From positions 241,056,001-241,120,000 of the forward strand of contig OZ024743.1 of assembly GCA_964016885.1 (NCBI GenBank): DNA of 64,000 nucleotides. The letters run 5' to 3'. Shown here piece after piece: positions 54,017 to 64,000 of this stretch. The stretch comes from Eledone cirrhosa. Lineage: Eukaryota. The translations under genes were made by a program, and so were the position numbers. Numbering within the stretch: position 1 is the stretch's first letter; the number at the start of each line of letters is the position of its first letter. A model generated the notes under the pieces. That model ran no database searches. It was not told the origin of the DNA and saw only the letters and a program-made list of their open reading frames with translations.

Positions 54017-54473
54017 TTATTATTATTATTAATATTATTATTATTATTATTATTATTGAATGCCATGGTTGACGGAGGCTCGGCTCTGTAAGGTACAGTA
54101 ATTTTTAACCGCTATAACAATTGTAAATTGTTTAAAACTTTAACCAAATTGTAGATAAAATCACCCTCCTCCTCGTGAGACGGGTCTTTCTGTCCGTTAT
54201 TTGGCCCTTCGGGGTTAAATAACCGCTTATTGGGGTTTTGTGCCCAATATTCATTTTAAACCAAAAAAAAAAAAACATGGCTACAAAAAAGAATTTTCAC
54301 AAGTCACTCCCACTCATTCCGTCTTCTTCTTCCTCAATCGTCACTACATCAGAGAGAAGATTGTCTCTCCCCCCCCCCTTCTCTAAATGTGGCTCTCTCC
54401 CTCCCGTCTCTTTCGCAAGCGACGCCAGTAAAGAAAAAGAAAAATATAGTTTCTGATAGTTTCCTCGAGCACA

Positions 54474-54666
54474 TGCAAATCGAGGAACATTTCTCCACGA
54501 CGACGACAACGACGAATGTGTGCGGTAAATACGGAAAGCCATTTCATTCCTCTGACGTCATGAATAATAGCAGTAGCAGCCGTAATAACAGCAGCAGCAG
54601 CAACAGTGACAAGGAAAACAATAGTAGTAGCCGCAACAGCATCAGCAGCAGCATAAACAACACCAG

Positions 54667-54698
<32 letters not shown>

Positions 54699-56436
54699 GC
54701 AGCAGCAGCAACAATAACAACAACCACAGCAACAGCGGTGGTGGCAGTCGTAGTACCAGCAGCAACAACAAAAGTAACAGCAGCTCTGACGACAACAACA
54801 ACAACAAGAAAGAAAAACCAATCTCGTTTGCAGGTATCGCAAAGAACCTGGAAAACATCCTTATAACAAATGAGGAATTACAGGAAGCAAAGAAGATGGT
54901 GACGAAAACCGGACACCGAGCTATCTGCAAGGCAGCCGAAACATTTTTCGAAACCCAACAGCACTGTACGGTCACGTACCGTACAGTAATCACAAAATCC
55001 CGTAGGGGTGAAAGAGCCACAGAGGCTCAAATACAAAAAGCCTTAGGGTCTGTGTGGCAGCGGAAAACGCATATCACCCGAGGCAATAAATATGCCACCG
55101 TAGACGTGCTTTTTGCCACACCACAGGAGGCAAAGGCTCAATCCTTAGTGACCCTAAGGAGCGAGGAAATGGTGTTGGTGCCCTCCTACTGCGGGCAAAA
55201 AATTATGAGGGTCAAAATGGACCACGTCCCCCGGGATGGTCCCTTCTTGGCTGGCCGCGTCTGTCCTCGTCGGAATCGAGGACAAAACAACTGTACTGCA
55301 AGTACAGAAAAAGGTAAGAGAAGATTGGGTCGGCACCTCCATTGAGATGTTAATCCAAACCAACCAGGAGTGCATCGAAGCTATCACGGATGTGATAGAC
55401 TTCGATAACGGCACTCAACTGCCCATAAGTGTTGAGGGCAAACGCCCGAAATGCTTTCGCTGTGGATCGAAGACTCACCCCAGGGCCTTCTGCAATGAGA
55501 AGACCCTGAGAAAAGAGAAAACCCCCTTCCTTCCGAAACCGGCTCCACTGCTACCAGCAACAGGACAAGCGGCAACCAGGAACGATAGGTCCGTGGCACC
55601 CATACCCACGCCACGGAAATCAAGAACAGCAGCAGCATTGGAAGTATTAACAATAACAACAGTAATACCAACTGCAGCTGCAACAGAGACTCCACTGCAA
55701 ACATCACCAATAACAACAAGTGAAAGAGTGGAGCTGGTACCCCTCCCCGACCTCACAGAATCAGACATGGAGTGTGAGGTGGGAGATGGCAAAAGGTCGC
55801 AAGAAGGCACAAACGCAGAAGCAGCGCATCGTCGCCTTCGAAAAGGGAGGAAAGAAACGAAAATAGGGTAAAGGCTACTGCAAAGAGACTGACAGCAGCA
55901 ACACCACCAACACCATTACCACCCACACTAGCACCACCATCACCACCGGCGACAACCACACCGCCAACAAAAATAACACCTTCAACACCACCACCACCAC
56001 AAGCACCAACATCGCAAACACAACAACAAAACACACACACCCAGCAACAACGACAAGAAAACAGCAGAACCACACCCACCCCCAGAAAAACAAATGTACG
56101 GCAATAAATACACACAACAAGAAACTAATGACTTACATAATTGAACACACAAACATTTCACAGCACGACTACATAATACCAGCAACAATCAAAACACCAA
56201 CGAACATAAGACTGGTAAGAATAGCACAGAAACAATACACAAACACTAAAACGAAATTCCCCAACGCAGTTGGTGATTTCAGAGACCTAGGAGGGACTCT
56301 CAACCGGAGAGTATATTCGGACATACACATAGAAGAGCCGACGACCAGCCGAAGGGACGATTCAACGGTCCCTTCACCAGACGATCAAGTGAAAAGGGAT
56401 GGAGAAACCATCCTTCTTCTACGAAAAGTAAGGTAA
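54474..56436 (+). pseudogene. LINE ORF1 (Ser/Asn-rich N-terminus, RRM-like core, CCHC knuckle), frameshifted
   Basis: ORFs 54389-55345, 55236-55871 and 56128-56436; CFRCGSKTHPRAFC; collinear with the copy 2 ORF1. Start codon uncertain. Confidence 0.8.
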
Positions 56437-56470
56437 GTGGTCTTTCCCATCTTTTCCACTCCATTTCAAC

Positions 56471-59294
56471 ATGACCTCATTCAGAATAGGCACCATAAAT
56501 GCGCGTGGCTTGGGGTCGTCATAGAAGCAGGGCCACCTGCTCAACGACCTCAGGTCACTAAACATAGCGAGACCAGAATCTCCTAAGCACCGGCCTTCGC
56601 ACCGATCTTCGGCGGCTACGATGTGTACGCATCTCCCAGCCGTCCGGGATCGGGGGGAGAAGTTGCTGTGCTTTTTCTGTTAGGTTTGGATCTCGCCATA
56701 CGGGCCATCTTCCTGGACCCAGAATGTAAGTTGGTGGTGCTATCCGTGACCAGCGGAGACGGGAAAGCTTTCAGGCTAGTGGCCGTCTATGCCCCGACAG
56801 GAGCAGGGCGGCCTGATTTCTTTCGGCGTCTGGAGACCTTTCTTGGAACGTCCTGCTCTTTAGTGTTAGTGGGCGACTGGAACGGGATCTTAGATGCACG
56901 CTGGCACTGTGTGGGACCAGCGGATAGGGGAGGAGGGTGCAAGAGCCTCACCAACCTGCTCAGGCGTTTTGAACTGTCTGACTGGTACCGATTGGATTTC
57001 CCGAATGTGCCAATGTGGACTTGGACAAATCGCATATGGTCATCCAGATCATATCTAGATAGAGTATTTTGTAGGGAAATAGATAGGTCTAGCATCGGCT
57101 GTCCACAATTCAAGATAGTCAGCTACACGGACCACAAATTCGTGATCTGTGTGCTTGACTTAGATAGGCTTCATAGACGAGGACCCGGCTACTGGAAGCT
57201 AAACGCGTCCTTACCAGCGCGCAAGGCCTACAGAGACCGGATTAGCGAACAAGTTAAGTGGGCGTTGACGGGGGCCATCGTCAACAAGTGGTGGTTTGCT
57301 CTGAAAAGAGCAATTAGAATAGAGTCGATTAGGTTTAGTAAGGCTTTAGCAATAGAGAAAAATAGAGCAGATGGAGAATTAGTTAGAAAATTAGACGAGG
57401 CGCTTAGCAAAGGCATCGCGACCGACGTACTTGCGGCGAAATTGGCCCTTGAACAATTTTTCAATGCAAAGCACGAAGACTGCGTTGTCAGAGCTAGGGT
57501 GCGTGCTCTCCGACACGAGGGGAGGAAAGCCGTTCAATGGCCTCGAGTGGCGGAAGCTTTTCAGCGACACCTCGCTCAGTTGTTCGGGGGCAGCGGCGGC
57601 CGGATCGAGGGATGGACTTTAGTGTCTACCTCGACGGACTGCCGCGGCTCTCGGCCACTGAGGTGGAGTGTTGCGAATAGCTGATAACAGCCGCTGAAGT
57701 ACGGGAGGGAATGACTAGCTGCACAAGGGGTAAATCGCCGGGTTTGGATGGTCTGCCCTATGAACTTTACGTACAGATGCCAGACTTGTTCGGAGGCCTC
57801 TTGGCGGACGTCTACTGCAACCGGCAACAGAACGGGAGAATTCCCAGCTCTGTGAGCCGAGGAGCTGTGGCGCTGCTGAGAAAGGTTCCGAACAAGGTGG
57901 ATAACATAGATAATTTCAGGCCCATAACTCTGCTAAACACAGAGTTCAAGATTTTGGCAAAGATGCTAGCAAAGCGGTTGGCGCTTGTCGTTGGCGGGCT
58001 GGTGGGAGAGGCGCAGACGTGCGCCATTTCCGACAGATCCATCCACGACAACCTCCACCTCATGCGATACATCGTAGAGAGGGTAGCTAGGGAACCTGGC
58101 ATGGGTGGGTCCTTGAACAATTTAGATCAGTCGAAAGCTTTCGATAGGGTCGACCATAGTTACCTAGCGGCAGTCCTGAGGGCGGCTGGCTTTGGACCCG
58201 TCTTCAGAGGCTGGATCGCTGCCATGCACAGCGACATCTGCTCTGTGGTGAGAGTGAACGGTCACCTGTCGGAACCGTTCAACATCATGCGCTCGGTCCG
58301 CCAAGGATGTCCCCTCTCGTCCCTCTTGTACGTATTGACTCTCGAGCCATTACTGCACAAACTGGAGACGTTGAGGGGAGTCCCGCGCGAACTAGGATGC
58401 GGAAGATCCGTGTCAGCATATGCGGACGATGTCACCGTAGTGGTGTCGAACGCCAAACACATCGAGGCGATCGGCACTACACTAAGAGAATACGAAGCGG
58501 TGACAGGAGCAATGATCAACCAGGAAAAGTCAGTGGGCCTGCAGCTCGGCACCTGGAGAGGCAGGTCCATGCCGTCCAACAGCGTCGTCGGACGCTGGAC
58601 GGACGGACCGGTTAAATTGCTAGGGGTCTGGTTCGGTCCGGACCTCCAGACGGACAAAAACTGGGACGAGGTGACGAGCAGGGTGGCTTCTCTCACCCAG
58701 AAATGGGCGGAGAGGAAGCTATCCCTGAAAGGTCGAGCGGAGGTGGCTAACGCGTACATCGCGTCTGTCATCTGCTACCGCCTGACCGTCGTACCTTGTC
58801 CTAAGCCCCGCCTGACTGCGCTGGAGCGTTTGCTCTTTCGCTTTTTGTGGAAGGGACGCGCTCCGATGGTCAGGCGGTCCATCGGCTGTCAACACCCGCT
58901 ACGTGGAGGGCTGGGAATGTCGTGGCTGATGATGCGAAGACACGCGCTCAGGCTACGACATCTCCACCTCTTCCTCGACGGTGATCAGGTGTGGTCGCCG
59001 TTTGCTCGACACGTCTTTCCCCAGCTCGTCTCCTTGACGGAGTTGCAGTCCTGGCTCAAGCGAAGACCGAGAGGGAGCGCTTGGAGACTGGTATGTCTTC
59101 AGGCGCTCACAGCCCTCGACCAATCGGGATATGTGATCGGTGGAAACTCCACCTTGGAGTTCTATAGAAGATTAGTGGAGGGGAAGAGCGACGACGTACT
59201 TGGAGAAACTCTAGGCGTCGACGAAATTCAACTAGCCAATCTCTTCGGAAGGACTTTCGGTCCGGGGCCTATGGACAACTTCCAGAAATCCCTG
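56471..59294 (+). pseudogene. LINE ORF2 (APE endonuclease and RT), frameshifted
   Basis: MTSFRIGTINARG, VYAP, GDWN, SYLDRVF, TDH, YWKLN, KSPGLDG, FRPITLLN, DQSKAFD, RQGCPLS, YADD, GGLG. Confidence 0.93.
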
Positions 59295-59469
59295 GATATC
59301 ACAACATGGATGTTACAAGAAAGAGAGAGAGCGCTGTCAGACAACACACAGAGAGAGGGAGACTTTATCAGCATGTCAACAAGACAGCGTACCAGCGGAG
59401 GTAAATATAAATGAAAATATTACAAAGTAAAAAAAGATTGTTACAGATTTAAAATTACCAAATATTTCT

Positions 59470-61323
59470 AACACATCGACACCAACAATAACACCAACAA
59501 CAACACCAACAACAACAACACCATCAATAACAACAGCAACAACAAAAATAACAGCGGTAAAGTCGAGAACGACAATAACAATGACAATAACAACAGCCAC
59601 AACAACAATAATAGTAGGAACAGTATCAACAAAAACAACAATAATAACAACAGCCACAATAACAGTAACAACAGCAATAGTATCAACGAAAACAACAACA
59701 ACAACACCAACAACTGTACCAGCGAAAACAACAACAATGACACTGATACCTGTAATAGCGACCTCAGCACCACCAGTAAGACCAGTAGCGGCAGCAATAG
59801 AGGTGCTGCTGAAAAAGGAACCACTTTCTTTGCAGGTGTCGCCCGAAATATCAAGACAGTGTTAGTCACAGAGGAGGAGATGGCAGTCGCAAGGGCCATG
59901 GTGACAAGATGCGCAAATAGAGTTTCCCTGAAACCTCCACCCGATTTTTTCAAGGACCAGCAGCTACGGACGGTGACTTACCGCACCGTAAGAAAAATCT
60001 CACATCAAGTGGAGAGAGCCACGGAGGCTCAATCCAAAAGGCCTTGGGGTGCGTCTGGGCACGCAAAACCCACATCACCCGAGGCAGAAAGTACGCCACA
60101 TAGACGTACTTTTCGCCACCCCCCAGGAAGCAAAGTCTCTCTCTTTGGAAACCCTAAAGACTGGGGATATAGTCTTGGTGGCCTCCTACTGCGGGCAGAA
60201 AATTGTGAGGGTCAAAGTGACCCAGGTCCCACCCGACGTGCCCATACCTTGGCTGGCCGCGTATGTCCTTGCTGGAATTGAGAACAGGGCGACCATGCTG
60301 CAAGTAGAAAAAATAGGGAGAGAGATCTGGTCAGGTATAGGCATGCAAATGCTTATACAAACTGACCAGGAATGTATCGAGGCTATCCCCGATATCATAG
60401 ACATCGAGGAAGAACTCCAACTCCCTATAAGTGTAGAAGGAAGACGGCCAAAATGTTATCTCTGTGGGTCGAAGGGTCACCTCAGGGCCTTTTACCCGCA
60501 GAAGACAGCGAAGAGAGCCCCTCTCCTTCCAATACCTGGTCTGCTGCTACCAAGAGCAGGACAGGTAACAAACGAAGAAGCCCCTTCCACGGTGAGTAGG
60601 AGGGCAACGTCCGTAGCACCCGTACCAAGGCCACGGATAACTAAAGCAGCATCATCAGTAGCGGCAACACCAATAGCTACATTTGAAGTAGCTACACTAG
60701 CAACAAAATTGCCGAAGAGGGCTCCACTACCACCACCAACAGCCGTGGAGCACATACCCCTGACAGACGCCACAGAATCCGACATGGAGTTTGAGGCGGG
60801 AGTGAAGTGGCAAACGGTCTGCCACAAAAAAAGAAAAAAGAAAAAACCCTTAGATTCACCCTCCAAAAGCGAAGGCATACAAAGAGGGGTAAAGGCAGCA
60901 AGGAAACTTGCAGCAACACCACCACCATCACCACCACAAACACCAACAACGCAAACACAACAAGACACACACACCAAAGAGCAACAAGAAGAAAACAGCA
61001 ACAAAATCACCCCTCCCCCCAAAAAGTACACAGCCATAAACATGGCAAAAAATGAACTCATACAATATATAAAGCAGCACACAGACATCACAGAAAAAAA
61101 CTACTACACCCCACCAACACCAAGAACTCTCCCGACAAACATAAGCATCATCGAAATCTCAATAGAACAGTACAAACCTTTAAAACAAAAATTCCTCAAC
61201 GCAGTTGGAGACTTCAGAGGGACGGTTACCAAGAGGATATACACTGACATCCACTTGGAAACACCCATGACCAGCGAAAAGGACGGTTCTACTGTCCCTT
61301 CACCACACGAACAAGGTAAGTGA
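59470..61323 (+). pseudogene. LINE ORF1, copy 2
   Basis: Asn/Ser-rich start, VTYRTV, DVLFATPQEAK, LPISVEGRRPKCYLCGSKGH, TESDME, NAVGDFRG. Start uncertain. Confidence 0.8.
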
Positions 61324-61354
61324 CCCTTCTCACTTGCCCCGTTTCTCATCCAAC

Positions 61355-64000
61355 ATGGCTGTACTCAGAATAGGCAGTATAAATGCACGTGGCCTGGGGT
61401 CATCTTGGAAGCAGGGTCACCTGCTCAATGACCTCAGGTCAATAAACATAGATGTGGTGGCCATCAATGAAACCAGAATCTCCGAAGCACGAGCCTTCGC
61501 ACCGATCTTCGGCGGCTACGATGTATACGCATCTCCCAGCCGTCCAGGATCGGGGGGATGGGTTGCCGTCCTTTTTCGGAGAGGCTAGGATCTCGCGATA
61601 CCGGCCATCTTTCTGGACCCAGAAGGTAAGTCGGTGGTGCTGGACGTGACCGGCAGCGAAGGCAATGCTTTCAGGCAAATAGCCGTCTACGCCCCAACAG
61701 GGGCAGGACGGCCAGATTTCTTCAGACGTCTAGGGATATTTCTTGGAACGTCCCGTTCTTTAGTGTTAATGGGCGACTGGAACGGTATCTTGGATGCACG
61801 CTGGGATCGTGTGGGGCTAGTGGATAGGGGAGGAGGGTGCAAGAGCCTCACCAACCTGCTCAGACGTTTTGAACTGTCTGAGAGGTATCGACTGGATCAC
61901 CCGAATGTGCCAATGTGGACATGGACAAACCGCATCGGGTCAACCAGATCGTATCTCGATAGGGTATTCTGCAGAGAACTAGATAAGGCTAGTATAAGTT
62001 GTCCACAATTTAAAATAGTCGACTACACAAACCACAAATTTGTGATCTGTGAGATCAACATAGACAGACTTCATAGACAAGGGCCTGGTTACTGGAAGCT
62101 GAACGCGTCTTTCCCGGAGCGTAAAGCCTACAGATTAGCGTATTAGTTAAGTGGGCGTTGACGGGAGCGTCGTCAACAACAGGTGGTGGTTCGCCCTGAA
62201 AAGGGCAATTAAAGTAGAGTCGATTAGGTTTAGCAAAGGAGTAGTGATAGAGGAAAATAGAGTAGAGGGAGAGCTAGTCAGAAAGCTAGAAGAGGCGTTT
62301 AGGACAGGCACGCAGCCGACGTGCTTGCGGCGAGATTGGCACTCGACAATTCTTCAACGCAAAACACGAAGGCTGCGTTGTCAGAGCTAGAGCGCGTGCT
62401 CTGAAACACGAGGGGACAAAAGCCGTCCAATGGGCCCGGTTGGCAGAGGCGCGACGTGGCAACAAAGCCACAATTCGGTCTTTGTCTGACCAAAACGGGT
62501 GCGTGATTCTCGAACCCGAGCGGATATGTGAAGCTTTTCAGCAGCACATTGCTGAACTGTTCGGGAGCGGCGGTGGCCCGGATCGGGGCATGCACTTCAG
62601 TGCATACCTCGACGGAGTGCCTCGGCTCTCGACGACCGCAGCACAGTGTTGCGAAAAGCCAATAACAGCCGGTGAAATACGGGAAGCGATGGCTAACTGC
62701 ACAAGGGGTAAAGCGCCAGGTTTAGATGATCTGCCCTACGAGCTTTATGCATTTATGCCGGACTTGTTTGGTGATCTCTTGGCAGACGTCTACTGAAACT
62801 GGCAGCAGAACGGGAGCATTCCCAGTTTTGTGAGCCGGGGAGCAGTAGCGCTGCTGAGAAAAGACCCGAACAAGGGTGATGTTATCGATAATTTCAGGCC
62901 CATAACCCTGCTAAACGCAGAGTTCAAGATTTTGGCCAAGGTGTTAGCAACGAGGTTGGCGCTTGTCGTCAAAGGTCTGGTGAGAGAGGCGCAGACATGC
63001 GCCATTCCGGGCAGATCCATACACGACAACCTCCATCTCATGCGATACATCATAGAGAGGGTGGTTAAGGAACCTGGCACGGGTGGGGCCCTGATCAACT
63101 TGGATCAATCCAAAGCATTCGATAGGGTCGACCATCGGTACCTGGCGGCGGTCCTCGAGGCAGCCGGTTTCGGGCCCGTTTTCAGGGGTTGGATCGCAGC
63201 AATGTACAGCGACATCTGCTCAGTTGTGAGGGTGAACGGTCTCCTGTCGCAGCCGCTCAGCATCATGCGCTCAGTCCGCCAGGGTTGTCCCCTCTCGTCC
63301 TTCTTGTACGTATTAGCTCTCGAGCTGTTACTGAACAAACTGGGGGCGATGATGGGCGTCCCACGCGAACTAGGATGCGGGAAATCCGAGTCGGCTTACG
63401 TTGACGACGTCACCGTGGTGGTGTTGAGCACCAGACACGTCCAGATCCTCGGCGCCGCTCTCAAGGAATACGAAACGGTGACAGGAGCAAAGATAAACCA
63501 GGAAAAGTCGGTGGGCTTGCAGCTCGGCATCTGGAGAGGCAAGTCCATGCCGTCCGACAGCGTCGTGGGCGTTGGACGGACGGACCGGTTAAATTGCTCG
63601 GGGTTTGGTTCGGACCGGACCTCCAGATGGAGAAAAACTGGAACGAGGTGACGAGCAGAGTGGCCTCCCTCACCCAGAAATGGTCTGAGAGGAAGCTGTC
63701 CCTGAAAGGCCGGGCGGAGGTGGCGAATGCGTACATCGCATCCGTCATCTGCTACCGCCTCACTATCGTCCCATGCTCCAGCCCAAATCTCACCAAAATG
63801 GAGCGCCTGCTCTTCCGCTTTTTGTGGAAGGGACGCGCTCCAATGCTCAGACGATCCATCTGCTGTCAACACCCGTTGCGTGGAGGACTGGGCATGCCAT
63901 GGCTGATGATGCGCAAACATGCGCTGAGGCTGCGACATCTCTGGTGCTTCCTTGATGGTGAACGGGTGTGGTCGCCGTTCGCCAGGCACGTTTTCCCACA
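61355..64000 (+). pseudogene. LINE ORF2, copy 2 (APE and RT), with stops and frameshifts
   Basis: MAVLRIGSINARG, INET, GDWN, SYLDR, YWKLN, FRPITLLN, DQSKAFD, RQGCPLS, YVDD. Confidence 0.93.

Larger units (their letters stand above)
54058..59294 (+). mobile_element. Tx1/L1-type LINE, copy 1 (3'-truncated)
   Basis: 5' UTR after (ATT)n; ORF1 with a zinc knuckle; ORF2 with APE endonuclease and RT; breaks off at about 59294. Confidence 0.9.
59295..64000 (+). mobile_element. Tx1/L1-type LINE, copy 2 (sister subfamily), continuing off the right edge
   Basis: ORF1 and ORF2 homologous and collinear with copy 1. The 5' boundary is approximate. Confidence 0.9.

Overview
AT-rich eukaryotic repeat DNA. 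No host protein-coding gene is supportable. The tRNA-type SINEs, dense (TA)n/(CA)n arrays and LINE spectrum suggest a mollusc, most likely an Octopus-type cephalopod; this is inferred from memory and was not searched. Layout: an 11-kb 53-bp satellite and several mini/microsatellites; three decayed Penelope-like elements (PLEs; RT/thumb plus C-terminal GIY-YIG) at about 25.3-31.6, 38.8-41.4 and 41.5-46.7 kb; older PLE relics; an R4/Dong-like REL-endonuclease LINE (48.6-52.2 kb); two head-to-tail Tx1/L1-type LINEs (54.1-64 kb); SINEs and hAT MITEs. Main findings: (i) several minimal type-I hammerhead ribozyme motifs in PLE pseudo-LTRs, including a recurrent U3-A8 core variant (UUGAAAA); (ii) a 3.2-kb segment (40941-44128) made entirely of inverted copies of the two outer ends of a two-PLE cluster, including their flanks, joined by a 4-bp microhomology; (iii) a short (TTAGGG)n tract exactly at the turn-around point of the ~5.3-kb PLE palindrome, consistent with telomerase-assisted fold-back priming. 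All coordinates and mismatch counts were read by eye.
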